From Candidatus Latescibacterota bacterium (GTDB lineage Bacteria > Latescibacterota > UBA2968), in assembly GCA_038279365.1 (NCBI GenBank), contig JAYODI010000001.1, forward strand, positions 32,001-96,000: 64,000 nucleotides of DNA, written 5' to 3'. Shown here piece after piece: positions 28,503 to 38,545 of this stretch. Each line of letters begins with the position of its first letter. Position 1 is the stretch's first letter. Under the pieces are notes generated by a model. That model saw only the letters and a list, made by a program, of their open reading frames with translations, searched no databases and was not told the DNA's origin. Both the position numbers and the translations under genes were made by a program.

Positions 28503-29378
28503 ATGGAGCTTCCTGATTATAAAAAATGTGTGGAGTTTTTTCGCCTTCACGAGGCGATGGGGATTCGGGTGATTCCCAATGTGCCTGCCATTGATGTTGA
28601 ACAAGTTGAGGCATTGGAAATGATTCGTGAGTTGCCCGACCCAGAAGATGCGGCTGTGGGAACACGATTGCAACGCGAGTCTGTGCCTGTGACCAAGTCA
28701 GATGTGATCGCCTTACCCAATGAGGCATTGCGATATCGGGGGCGTGTGGTCTGTGTTTATGTACGTGATCAGCACAATTCGGTGGTCTTTGATGGGCAAT
28801 GGCGGCGGTATGTGTATCATTTGTTTTATTGTCAAGCTTTACAACGTGTCAAAATGGCTTCTTCTGATCGATCTTTTTTGGCAACACAACGGTCAGATGG
28901 TGTGTTTGAAGTACACGACCTGTCTGGTGATCATCCGCGTAAAACACTTGCGCCTTTGGGGTTGTGTCCTGATTGTCGAGAAATATTACAAGAGATGGGT
29001 GTGTATTCTTCTGCGTTCAAATTGGCCAATTATTTTGCGATGTATGATGCTTATGAGACGCGCAAGTTGCGAGAAGTTGCCGTTGTGACGGAACCCGAAA
29101 TGGATGCGCGTGCTTTGGCCGATGTTTATCGACAGGTTTGTGTGTTTGTTTGCCAAGCATGTGGCGTTGATTGTACGGATGCGCCTCATTTGTTGCACCT
29201 GCATTTTGATGATGGGGATCCGACCAATACGGCTGTTGAAAATCTGTACATTTTGTGTGTAGATTGCCATGCGCTACAACCTGGGCACGATCATATGATT
29301 GTGCAACCCGTGGTGCAAGACAGCATTGAGATGGTAAAAGAACGGCGGGCACGACAGGGGATTATTTCGTTGCGGTAG
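28503..29378 (+). CDS. zorE: Zorya type II ZorE-like HNH-fold protein
   Basis: VYVRD, YH..C..L, CPDC, CQACG, LHLH..DG...N...NL..LCVDCH..QP.H.HM; directly after zorAB. Confidence 0.8.
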   Translation: MELPDYKKCVEFFRLHEAMGIRVIPNVPAIDVEQVEALEMIRELPDPEDAAVGTRLQRESVPVTKSDVIALPNEALRYRGRVVCVYVRDQHNSVVFDGQWRRYVYHLFYCQALQRVKMASSDRSFLATQRSDGVFEVHDLSGDHPRKTLAPLGLCPDCREILQEMGVYSSAFKLANYFAMYDAYETRKLREVAVVTEPEMDARALADVYRQVCVFVCQACGVDCTDAPHLLHLHFDDGDPTNTAVENLYILCVDCHALQPGHDHMIVQPVVQDSIEMVKERRARQGIISLR

Positions 29379-29437
29379 GCTGGTGGGAAATGTTAACAAA
29401 CACCTTGCTGATTATTGGCTTACATTTGAGCGTGTTT

Positions 29438-30403
29438 TTAGGGTGCTTCGCGGATGGAGAGGTAGCTTTGGTAACGGTGAGCGGTGATATGACCTTGTTC
29501 AACCGCTGATTTGATGGCACAGTCGGGTTCTTGTACGTGGGTGCAATTGCGAAAGCGACAGGCTCCTAAGAAGGGGAAAAACTCTTTGAAGAGGTGTGGG
29601 GTGTCTTCGGTGTTGATGCCAAAAAGATTGAATTCGCGAACACCTGGAATATCCCCCACAAACCCGCCATCATTCAATGTTACGAGTTCGGTATGTGTGG
29701 TGGTGTGACGTCCGTCGCCAGATGTTGCACTGATTTCACCGGTGCGCAATTTGAGGCCGGGTTGGAGCCAGTTGAGTAAGCTTGTTTTTCCCACGCCCGA
29801 GGACCCCATAAAGAGGGTGGTGTGGTCTTTTAAGATTTGGCGAAACGCTTCTTTGCCAATGTCTGAGACGGTGCTGGTGAAAATGATGTGGTAGCCAATT
29901 TTTTGGTATGTTTCGGTTTGTTCTTGGGCATATGTTTCAGACACAAGGTCCATTTTGTTAAAGCAGATGATGGGGGGGATGTTTTGCCACTCGGCAATGG
30001 CCAACATACGATCGAGCAACCCCCAATCGGGCTCGGGTCTGGAAAGGGTAAACACTGGCATCACTTGGTCGATGTTGGCGGCTATGAGTTGTTCTTTTTT
30101 GGAGCCTCCCGATGCGCGGCGAGAGATTTTGTTGCGTCGTGGTAAAATTTCGCAAATCATGCCGTGGTTTTCACTGCCATCATCAACAATAACACGGTCA
30201 CCAATGGCAACGGGGTCTACCACTTGTAAGCGTTTTACGCTTTGTACGCGCTGCCTGCGTGAACCTGCTGCGGCTTGAGGGTATTCTAAATTTTTACGAA
30301 GGCGACTGGATAGGGCGCAGGTGATCATGCCCGTATCTGTTGCCACAATATAATGCGCCAAATGTTGGCGAATGACAGTGCCTTCGGTTTGTGTTTTGGC
30401 CAT
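29438..30403 (-). CDS. rsgA: ribosome small subunit-dependent GTPase A
   Basis: OB fold, NKMD, GSSGVGKTS, GRHTTT, DIPG, zinc knuckle CRFRNCTH..EPDC. Confidence 0.96.
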   Translation of the reverse strand: MAKTQTEGTVIRQHLAHYIVATDTGMITCALSSRLRKNLEYPQAAAGSRRQRVQSVKRLQVVDPVAIGDRVIVDDGSENHGMICEILPRRNKISRRASGGSKKEQLIAANIDQVMPVFTLSRPEPDWGLLDRMLAIAEWQNIPPIICFNKMDLVSETYAQEQTETYQKIGYHIIFTSTVSDIGKEAFRQILKDHTTLFMGSSGVGKTSLLNWLQPGLKLRTGEISATSGDGRHTTTHTELVTLNDGGFVGDIPGVREFNLFGINTEDTPHLFKEFFPFLGACRFRNCTHVQEPDCAIKSAVEQGHITAHRYQSYLSIREAP

Positions 30404-30532
30404 AGTATTGGTAGATGGTGTCAAGATATTAAGTTAAGAGAAGGGATGCCGAACGGCATTGTGGCTACCTCTGCTCAAGTAGCCCACACACGGGCGTGTG
30501 TCATGGATCGTGATGAGGCTATCGCGTAGTTG

Positions 30533-30949
30533 TTAAATGATGTCAATGCGACTGTTTTCAGCGACTTGGAAATGGAAAAATGAGGCAGGTTCAGTTTGGC
30601 GAATGATTTGGGTGTTTTTGCCAATAATGGAGTCTTGAATACGGCCACTGAGTGCACGGATGACCACATTGTCATCCACACGCGCATATTCTATTTCAGT
30701 GGCAATAAATTCAACATTATTCCCTAAGGTCGTATAGGAACCCACATAGGCATCTTTGATACGGCAATTTTGACCAATGATTACTGGGCCACGGATGATA
30801 CAATTTTCGATGATGGTGCCAGAGCCAATACACACATTGCCTGTAACACGCGACGTTTCTCCAATTTGCACATCGCTGGCAATGTTTTGTGTATCGGGTA
30901 ACGCGTCGAGTAATTGGCGATGTGCTTCAAGTGAGGTGTTTTGGGGCAT
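30533..30949 (-). CDS. stand-alone left-handed beta-helix protein resembling the C-terminal domain of long-form glucose-1-phosphate thymidylyltransferase
   Basis: LEAHRQLLD, IRGPVIIGQNCRIKDAYVGSYT, EIEY, RIQDSIIG hexapeptide repeats; no nucleotidyltransferase domain. Confidence 0.75.
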   Translation of the reverse strand: MPQNTSLEAHRQLLDALPDTQNIASDVQIGETSRVTGNVCIGSGTIIENCIIRGPVIIGQNCRIKDAYVGSYTTLGNNVEFIATEIEYARVDDNVVIRALSGRIQDSIIGKNTQIIRQTEPASFFHFQVAENSRIDII

Positions 30950-31048
30950 GGTATTTGACTGAAAAAGGTTATTTTAAATGATGTTAGCACCACAGAAAAT
31001 ACAGGGTGGTGAGACGCCTGTCAAGTCTTTTGACCAGATGCAAACAGG

Positions 31049-31077
31049 TTGACATTTGTCATTCTTTTCTCCATATT
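31049..31077 (+). promoter_or_regulatory. sigma70-type promoter of the envelope operon
   Basis: TTGACA-17 nt-CATATT. Confidence 0.5.
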
Positions 31078-31213
31078 TCAATCCATTCACACCCATCAAA
31101 CAGTGGTGTTTTGTGGTGATGGCATTTTAAATGCAAGCATCAGAGTTATCTTTATATATTGAGAAGGTATACCCTTTGTATCTGCTTGGGTGTAGGTGCT
31201 TTGGGAGGGTTTT

Positions 31214-31966
31214 ATGAAGCGAGATTTGGCCTATTTTTTATCGGACTGGAATTTTGATCCAACGGATATTTGTGCCCGTAAGATTATTGGTTTAGATGGG
31301 CGTGAAAAATTACAAGTGCGTTTAGATTTGGGTGTGTTACAAATGGAAATGGTGGGGCGCCCCGATGGTGACAGACCCAAAGGCCATGCATCGATGCTGG
31401 ATTATTATTTGGATCAGCTTGAAGATCATCGCGCAAACGGAGGGCGCGATGAAACTTTTCGTTTGGATGCCGATGCCTGTGGTGATTTGGGGCAAGAGGG
31501 TATGTTATATTACCATCGTTATATTTGTTTGTTGCGGTTGGGAGAGTTTGATGGTGTTGTTCGCGACACCACACACAATTTGGCCATTTTAGACATGGTT
31601 CAAGCCTATGCAGATGATGAAGAAGACCGTATTTCTTTTGAGCAATATAGACCGTATGTGCTTATGATTAATACACGTGCCAAGGGTGAGATTTGTTTGC
31701 AAAATGAAGATTATCAAAGCGCATTACAACGCATTGACGAAGGTATGGCAAAAATTAGATTGTGTTTAGATACATATGATGAAGTTGATGGTGAAGAAGA
31801 ATTACAAGCCCTTTCTACTTGGGCCGAAGAAATAGACCGTGAACAACCCTTGAGTTTGCTCCAGCAGTTGACCTTGGAACTGCAAAGCGCAATTGCGGAA
31901 GAACAATATGAGAAAGCGGCCAAACTCAGAGACCAGTTGCAAGCCTTAGATCACCGACATTCATGA
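31214..31966 (+). CDS. UvrB/UvrC-motif-containing hypothetical protein
   Basis: GREKLQVRLDLGVLQME..GRPDG, YYHRY, C-terminal AIAEEQYEKAAKLRD; GGGAGG RBS before ATG 31214. Confidence 0.85.
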   Translation: MKRDLAYFLSDWNFDPTDICARKIIGLDGREKLQVRLDLGVLQMEMVGRPDGDRPKGHASMLDYYLDQLEDHRANGGRDETFRLDADACGDLGQEGMLYYHRYICLLRLGEFDGVVRDTTHNLAILDMVQAYADDEEDRISFEQYRPYVLMINTRAKGEICLQNEDYQSALQRIDEGMAKIRLCLDTYDEVDGEEELQALSTWAEEIDREQPLSLLQQLTLELQSAIAEEQYEKAAKLRDQLQALDHRHS

Positions 31967-32940
31967 TGGGTGATCCTGTTAGTCCAAACAAGCAGGCGGT
32001 GGCGGTGGTGATTGTCAATTGGAACGGTGCTGCTTTTATTGAGCGGTGCTTAAACACCGTGTTGTCTCAATCGCATTTGCCTGCAGAAGTGGTGGTGGTA
32101 GACAACGGATCGTCCGATGATTCGGTTGATTTGATCCAATCGCGTTTTCCAAGTGTACGGTTGGTCTTGCGGGCAAAGAATGAAGGTTTTGCTCACGGTT
32201 ATAATTTGGCCATTGCTCAAACGCACAGTCCTTATGTCCTGATTCTTAACACAGATGTGTTTTTGGATCGGGATTTTTTGTTGCATGGGCTAAAGGCATT
32301 GCAGATGAGCCCCGATATTGGGTCGGTGGCCGCAAAGATATATAAAGCCGATACAGATCTTGTTGAGAATGTGGGGCAATTTTTACAGCCGTGGCTTAAA
32401 ACGGCTAACAGCCGTGTAAGAGATACAGATGAATTTGTTTTTGCGGGAAGTGGTGCAGCATTATTGTGTCGGCGACAAATGTTAGACGATATTGCCTGGC
32501 AGGGAGACTATTTTGACAAATCGTTTTTTTTGTATTGGGAAGATGCTGATTTGGCTTGGCGGGCACAACTGCGTGGGTGGCGTTGTATTTTTTCTCCTCA
32601 AGTGACGGTTCATCACTTGGGCTCGGGGTCTCAAGGCGGGAAGGTGAGCACATTGCAAAAGCCTGCTTTTGTGCAACGGCATATTTGGAAAAACCGATAT
32701 TTAATCGTATTTCAAAATATGACATTTCGGGAGATGTTGGTTTTGTTGCCCGGTTTGGTGTTGAATGAGTTGGTACATTGGGCAATGATCTTGGTTCGTG
32801 CACCACAACGATTACCCGTATTTGTGTTGGCTCATTTGGATTTTTTGCGGTTGTTGCCTTTGGCAATTCGCAAACGCCGGTTTATTCAAAAAAGAAGGCG
32901 GGTGAGCGCTTGGGCGGCTTTGCGTTTTTTTCGGTTTTAA
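31963..32940 (+). CDS. glycosyltransferase family 2
   Basis: VIVNWNG, VVDNGSSD, LNTD, YWEDADLAWR. Confidence 0.93.
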   Translation: MMGDPVSPNKQAVAVVIVNWNGAAFIERCLNTVLSQSHLPAEVVVVDNGSSDDSVDLIQSRFPSVRLVLRAKNEGFAHGYNLAIAQTHSPYVLILNTDVFLDRDFLLHGLKALQMSPDIGSVAAKIYKADTDLVENVGQFLQPWLKTANSRVRDTDEFVFAGSGAALLCRRQMLDDIAWQGDYFDKSFFLYWEDADLAWRAQLRGWRCIFSPQVTVHHLGSGSQGGKVSTLQKPAFVQRHIWKNRYLIVFQNMTFREMLVLLPGLVLNELVHWAMILVRAPQRLPVFVLAHLDFLRLLPLAIRKRRFIQKRRRVSAWAALRFFRF

Positions 32941-32949
32941 GGTTTTAAT

Positions 32950-34059
32950 ATGGCCAAGATTCTTTATGTGATTACGCGCTTGGCAGTTGGTGGTGCTCCT
33001 CATGTGATGTTGACGGCTATTAAAGGCTTGAAACAAGCAGGATATGAGATTACACTGGTCAGTGGATATCCCGGTGAAGGTGAAGGCAGTTTGGTCGAAG
33101 ATGCGCAGGCATTGGGAGTGGAACTCATATTTCTACCAACGCTCCAGCGAGAATTACATCCTGTGCGCGATTTATGTGCCTTTTTTGCTTTGTTGCGCTT
33201 GATGCGTAAACGGAAGTTTGATCTGGTGCATACCCATTTGTCCAAGGCGGGCATTTTGGGTCGCTTGGCTGCCTATTGCGCAGGTATTCGCACCGTTCAC
33301 ACATTTCATGGCGATGTTTTAGACGGCTATTTTTCACCCTTAAAAAGCAAGGGTTTTTTAGCGGTGGAACGATTTGTTGGTTGTATGACAGATCGGTTTA
33401 TCTGTGTAAGCGATCGTTTGAAAACACGCTTGATGCAATATCAATTGGGGGCGGCAGATCGATTTTGTACGGTTGCCAATGGCATTGATTTAGAACGTTT
33501 TCAAGTTAAAGCAGTCCAAGAGCGTTCTGGTAAATGCGTGGGCACTTTGGCGATGTTTTATCCGATTAAACGTTTGGATTTGTTTGTTGAGATGGCCTAT
33601 CAACTCAAGCAACGTGATGCTGAGATTTGCTGTGAGATTGCGGGAGATGGGGCAACCGCTTCGACACTTAAACAACAAGCGAAAGATTTAGGTGATCCCG
33701 TGCACTTTGCTGGTGTGTGCACAAACCCTTCTGATTTTTTGTCTCGGTTAGATGTTTTTGTGCTGTGTTCCGATTATGAAAGTTCGGGTATGGGTGTGAT
33801 GGAGGCGATGGCGATGGGGGTACCTGTGGTGGCAACTGCCGTTGGTGGTGTTCCGGAAAATGTTCAAGATGGTCAAACCGGTTTTTTGGTTGAGGCGGGT
33901 GATGTGACTGGTTTGGCAGAGGTTGTTTGGACCTTGTTGCAAGATGATGAAAAACGCCTCCGTATGGGTGCTTTGGCAAAAAAATATGCACAAGCACATT
34001 TTTCGTCTTCTCGAATGATTGTCGACTTGGATGTGATTTATCGTGAGTTGTTGTCATGA
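32950..34059 (+). CDS. glycosyltransferase family 4 (GT-B)
   Basis: GGA, VHTHLSKAG, IKR, E..G....EAMAMGVPVVAT.VGG. Confidence 0.94.
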   Translation: MAKILYVITRLAVGGAPHVMLTAIKGLKQAGYEITLVSGYPGEGEGSLVEDAQALGVELIFLPTLQRELHPVRDLCAFFALLRLMRKRKFDLVHTHLSKAGILGRLAAYCAGIRTVHTFHGDVLDGYFSPLKSKGFLAVERFVGCMTDRFICVSDRLKTRLMQYQLGAADRFCTVANGIDLERFQVKAVQERSGKCVGTLAMFYPIKRLDLFVEMAYQLKQRDAEICCEIAGDGATASTLKQQAKDLGDPVHFAGVCTNPSDFLSRLDVFVLCSDYESSGMGVMEAMAMGVPVVATAVGGVPENVQDGQTGFLVEAGDVTGLAEVVWTLLQDDEKRLRMGALAKKYAQAHFSSSRMIVDLDVIYRELLS

Positions 34060-34922
34060 TTTTTGTAACAGGAGCTACAGGATACACGGGGCGATGGGTG
34101 CTTGCGCAATTGTTAAAACGCACACAATCGGTCAGGTGTTTGGTGCGTGAAACATCACTTGTGGACGATTTGGAACACCCTAATGTGTCTTTGGTAAAGG
34201 GGAATTTGGAAGATGTAAATGCTTGGGCAGATGCTTTGACGGGTGTTGATGTTTTGCTGAGTGTGGCGCATATCCAATATGCGCCATTTGTTATTGAGGC
34301 GTGTCAGCGCAATGGCATATCTCGTGTTGTCTTTTTGAGCTCAACGTGGCGTTTTTCAAAAGTTATGACCCCTGTTGTTGAGGCAGTGATTCGTGGTGAG
34401 GCGGCTGTTGAAGCCTCGGGGTTGGATTATACCATTTTGCGCCCAACAATGATTTATGGCCCAGGAGATGATCGCAATCTTGCACGATTGCGGGCTTTTA
34501 TGAAACGATCCCCCATCATGCCGATCTTTGGATCGGGGGCACAATATGTACAGCCTGTTTTTGTTGGCGATGTTGCAAAGGTTGCTGTGGATGCCTTGTT
34601 TTGTGATGGTGCGATAGGCAAAGGGTTTGAATTGGGAGGTGGGAGTGTGCTCACGTATAATGAGATGATTGATATCTTATCTCAAAGCTTAACACGTTTG
34701 TTGGTAAAAGTACACATTCCCATTTCAGTGGGTTTGATGTTGGCATTTATCGGCAATCGATTGTTGGCTCGGTTTCCCATTCAAGAAGATCAAGTGCGGC
34801 GTATGAAAGAAAGTCGTGCATTTGACATATCGGAAGCCAAAGCTGTATTGGGATTTGATCCGTTGACGTTTGAAGAAGGGATACAAAAGACGATGCAATT
34901 AACAGGAGTTGTTGCTCTGTGA
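34056..34922 (+). CDS. atypical SDR / NAD-dependent epimerase (NDUFA9-like)
   Basis: VTGATGYTG, ILRPTMIYGPGD, VQPVFVGDVA. Confidence 0.85.
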   Translation: MIFVTGATGYTGRWVLAQLLKRTQSVRCLVRETSLVDDLEHPNVSLVKGNLEDVNAWADALTGVDVLLSVAHIQYAPFVIEACQRNGISRVVFLSSTWRFSKVMTPVVEAVIRGEAAVEASGLDYTILRPTMIYGPGDDRNLARLRAFMKRSPIMPIFGSGAQYVQPVFVGDVAKVAVDALFCDGAIGKGFELGGGSVLTYNEMIDILSQSLTRLLVKVHIPISVGLMLAFIGNRLLARFPIQEDQVRRMKESRAFDISEAKAVLGFDPLTFEEGIQKTMQLTGVVAL

Positions 34923-35932
34923 CTTTGTTTTTTTTATCGGTTTTGGTAGGCTGGGTTTTAACTGCAATTGTGCGTTTGTCCTGTTTAAAATGGCAAGTGT
35001 TTGATGTGCCGAATTTGCGCAGTGCGCATCGGGTGCCCATGCCTACATTGGGTGGTGTGGGTTTGATTGTTGGTTTTTGGGTGGTGTTGGGTATTCACCG
35101 CATTTTGAATATGCCCTTGCCTGAATCGGTGTGGGGTTTGTTGGGCGCTTCGGTTGTGCTTTGTTTATTAATTCGCGATGAAGTGCGGTCTATGGGCCGT
35201 TTGGAAAAGCTGTGTGTTCAAGTTGTTGCAGCACTTGTGTTGGTTCAAGGTGGTGTGGTGTTAGAATCTGTGACTTTGGGAGATTTCGTTTTTGAATTTG
35301 GATCGTGGGATTTTTTTGTTACTGTATTTTTGATGTTGGTGCTCCAAAACGTGTATAACTTTATGGATGGTTTGGATGGTTTTGCGGCACAACAGGGTGT
35401 GCTCGTTTCGGGTATATTGGCCATTTTGTTATGGGGTGATGCGCCGTTTATGGCGGGTTTGCTTGTTGGGGTATGTGGTGTGACTTTGGGGTTTTGGTTT
35501 TGGAACAAACCACCGGCGCGCATTTTTATGGGGGATGTGGGCGCACATTTTTTGCCATTGTGTTTTATGATGGGTGCCGTTGTGGGGGAATCGACAGGTG
35601 CGATATCTTTTGGCCTCGCCATTTTACCATTGGGGGCGTTTGTATTTGATGCTGTTTATACGTTGATACGGCGGTTGTTGCGCAAGGAGAACATTACGCT
35701 GGCACATCGGTTTCATGTGTATCAACGGTTACAGGTTTTGGGGTGGACCCCGTGGTATATAAATGGTATTTATGCTTTGTTGACTGTGATATTGGGCGGT
35801 GGAGCATGGTTGTTGCAGTTTGGGTTTGTTTCTGTAGGATATGTTTTGCTTGGCCTGTCAGGGTTGATGGTTATTGGTGGAACGGTTTATGTGGAAAGGC
35901 AATATGTCGTGGTAGAACGGGGAGATGGATAA
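34919..35932 (+). CDS. MraY/WecA-like polyprenyl-phosphate sugar-1-phosphate transferase
   Basis: RSAH...PTLGG, NVYNFMDGLDG, IFMGDVG, AHRFHVYQRL; multi-TM. Confidence 0.9.
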   Translation: MTLFFLSVLVGWVLTAIVRLSCLKWQVFDVPNLRSAHRVPMPTLGGVGLIVGFWVVLGIHRILNMPLPESVWGLLGASVVLCLLIRDEVRSMGRLEKLCVQVVAALVLVQGGVVLESVTLGDFVFEFGSWDFFVTVFLMLVLQNVYNFMDGLDGFAAQQGVLVSGILAILLWGDAPFMAGLLVGVCGVTLGFWFWNKPPARIFMGDVGAHFLPLCFMMGAVVGESTGAISFGLAILPLGAFVFDAVYTLIRRLLRKENITLAHRFHVYQRLQVLGWTPWYINGIYALLTVILGGGAWLLQFGFVSVGYVLLGLSGLMVIGGTVYVERQYVVVERGDG

Positions 35933-35937
35933 ATCAT

Positions 35938-37197
35938 ATGGGTTTTGAATCATTTGTTGCACTGCGCCATCTTAAGTCGATTCGTTCTCGCCGTCGTGTT
36001 GTTATCACAACGCTTATAGGCATTGTTGGGGTGGGTTTGGGTGTGGCTGCATTGGTGATTACCTTGTCTGTGATGAATGGGTATGCCGGTATGATTTGGG
36101 ATCGACAAGTGAGCATGAATCCACACATTACGGTACGAAAGCCATATAGTGAGCGAATTTCTGATTATGATGAGGTGGTAACTTTGTTGGCGGCACAGCC
36201 TCAAGTGGTGGGGGTTGCTCCGTTTATTGAATCTCAAGGCTATGTTTTGGGGCGAACAGCATCGGCCATTACTGTAACATCGGGTGTGGTGGTGCGTGGC
36301 GTTGACGCGGCATATGTTTCTGCTATGGGGGGGATTGCGGATTATGTCACCATGGGGCATGTAGATTTATCCGCACAAGATTCGTTATCCAGCCGTGTGG
36401 CATATGGCATGATGATCGGACGTAATTTGGCGGAAAAATTAGGTGCAAAAATAGGATCAGATATTCGTTTAATGGTGGCTCCCAAAGATGCCCCTATGGA
36501 ACAGTTGCCTCCTTTGCGCCGATATGTTGTAACCGGTATTTTTGATACGGGGTTTTATGAGTTTGATGCCGGATTGGTTTTTGTTTCTTTGGCCGCGGCA
36601 CAACGCGATTTGAAGTGGGAAAACTGGATTACGGGTATGCATTTGCGCTTGGCCGATCCGTTTTTGGCCAATGAAGTAAGTGTGGATCTTCGTTCGCATT
36701 TGGCGATGCGCTATCCCAGTCTTTTTCCAACGTCGTGGATGTATGCGCAAGGTAATTTGTATGCATGGATTTTATTACAAAAGTGGGCAAGTTTTATTGT
36801 GTTGAGTTTGATAGTGGTGGTGGCAGGGTTTAATATTGTGAGTATTTTGACAATGATTGTGACAGAGCGTCGCCGAGAGATTGGCGTTTTGAAAACATTG
36901 GGTGCAACACCCAAACGCATTGGGCGTATTTTTTTGCGCGAAGGGGTTATGATTGGTGGCTGTGGGGTTTTGTTGGGGAATGTGTTGGGTTTGGGTGTTT
37001 GTTGGATTCAAAAAGTATATGCACCTATTACTTTGTCGGGAGATGTGTATTTCATCAATGCATTGCCTGTGGAAATATCCCCTTTTGACTTTTTGATGAC
37101 ATCCACTTTGGCTTTGTTGTTGTGTGCATTGTTTGCTTATTTTCCTTCTCGTCGTGCAGCAAAGTTGGAGCCTGTTGATGCCATTCGGTATGAGTGA
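35938..37197 (+). CDS. lipoprotein-releasing ABC permease, LolC/E family
   Basis: GVAALVITLSVMNG, FNIVSILTMIVTERRREIGVLKTLGA, YFINALP; start moved to ATG 35938. Confidence 0.9.
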   Translation: MGFESFVALRHLKSIRSRRRVVITTLIGIVGVGLGVAALVITLSVMNGYAGMIWDRQVSMNPHITVRKPYSERISDYDEVVTLLAAQPQVVGVAPFIESQGYVLGRTASAITVTSGVVVRGVDAAYVSAMGGIADYVTMGHVDLSAQDSLSSRVAYGMMIGRNLAEKLGAKIGSDIRLMVAPKDAPMEQLPPLRRYVVTGIFDTGFYEFDAGLVFVSLAAAQRDLKWENWITGMHLRLADPFLANEVSVDLRSHLAMRYPSLFPTSWMYAQGNLYAWILLQKWASFIVLSLIVVVAGFNIVSILTMIVTERRREIGVLKTLGATPKRIGRIFLREGVMIGGCGVLLGNVLGLGVCWIQKVYAPITLSGDVYFINALPVEISPFDFLMTSTLALLLCALFAYFPSRRAAKLEPVDAIRYE

Positions 37198-37255
37198 TAA
37201 ATAAACGATCTTATTGTGGATGTTGGCGTATTTTTTTAAAAAAGGTTTTGGTGTT

Positions 37256-38491
37256 ATGGGTTTTGTTACATTTATTTCCCGTCGTTACCTAAAGACTTTG
37301 CGGGGGCAAACATCTTTTACCACGCTGATTGCTATTGCGGGTGTGATGTTGGGGGTGGCTGCGTTGGTTATTGTGTTGTCTGTGTTTAATGGTTTTTCGG
37401 ATTTGTTGTGGAAGGGCCTTTTGTCGGTCAATCCACACGTTGTTGTACAAAGGCCTTATGGTCAACCTATGGCATTTGAACAAGAGATGGTGGCAAAGCT
37501 GAAACAACAGCCTCATGTTGTTTCAGTTGCACCATTTGTGGCATCAGAAGGTTTTATGTTGCGCAAACCATTAGATGGTGAGTTGGTTCAAGCTGCGGTG
37601 GTGATTCGAGGTGTTGATGCCGATGATTTGATACAGGTGACAGATGTTGTGGATCGATTGTGGGCAGGCGATATGTTGGATTTGGGCGTACAGCCTACCA
37701 ATGGGTTTGGCAAAGTGTATGGTATTGTGATTGGGCGCGGGTTGGCAGATCGGTTGGGGGTGTTGTTGGGGGCCGAGGTCACATTGGGTCTGTTGCCCAA
37801 AGAAATATTGGTGGGGCAACAACCCCAATGGCGCCGATATGTGGTGACGGGTATTTATCACACGGGTGTGGATGATATAGACTCGGCATTGGCGTTTGTT
37901 TCTCGTGAAGCCGCCCAACGAGATTTGGGGTGGGAAAACAAAATTTCGGGCATTCAATTGCGCTTAGACGATCCTTTTGTGGCGAGTGAGGTTCAGGCGC
38001 AGGTGATGTGGGCTGATTTGGACGTGATTACTTGGATGGATGAACATCGCAATTTGTATGCTTCTATCCGTATGGAGAAGTGGTTTGGGTTTTTGGTTTT
38101 GAGTTTGATTGTTGCTGTTGCGGGTTTTAATGTCATTAGTATTTTGATGATGACTGTATCTGAAAAGAAAAAAGAAATTGGGGTGCTCAAAGCTTTGGGA
38201 ACACCCCCCAAAACCATTGGCCGCATTTTTACTTATGTGGGTTTGGGCATTGGATTTTTGGGTGTTTTTTTAGGTAATACCATCGGGTTTATGTTGTGTT
38301 GGCTTCAACAGACATTTGAATTGATTCGTTTGCCTGGGCAGTTGTATATTATTCAGGCTTTGCCTGTGAAAATGTATGCAACTGATTTTGCTTTGATTTC
38401 TGCTGTGACTGTGGCACTGTGTTTGGCATTTACGCTTTTTCCATCACGAGATGCTGCCTCGGTTGATCCCATAGAAGCGTTACGCGATTAG
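37256..38491 (+). CDS. lipoprotein-releasing ABC permease, LolC/E family (second paralog)
   Basis: GVAALVIVLSVFNGF, EKKKEIGVLKALG, DPIEALR; start moved to ATG 37256. Confidence 0.9.
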   Translation: MGFVTFISRRYLKTLRGQTSFTTLIAIAGVMLGVAALVIVLSVFNGFSDLLWKGLLSVNPHVVVQRPYGQPMAFEQEMVAKLKQQPHVVSVAPFVASEGFMLRKPLDGELVQAAVVIRGVDADDLIQVTDVVDRLWAGDMLDLGVQPTNGFGKVYGIVIGRGLADRLGVLLGAEVTLGLLPKEILVGQQPQWRRYVVTGIYHTGVDDIDSALAFVSREAAQRDLGWENKISGIQLRLDDPFVASEVQAQVMWADLDVITWMDEHRNLYASIRMEKWFGFLVLSLIVAVAGFNVISILMMTVSEKKKEIGVLKALGTPPKTIGRIFTYVGLGIGFLGVFLGNTIGFMLCWLQQTFELIRLPGQLYIIQALPVKMYATDFALISAVTVALCLAFTLFPSRDAASVDPIEALRD

Positions 38492-38545
38492 ATATGATGA
38501 TTAAAAGGCTTTGGAATATTTAAAAATTAAAAAAAGGAGTGGGTC

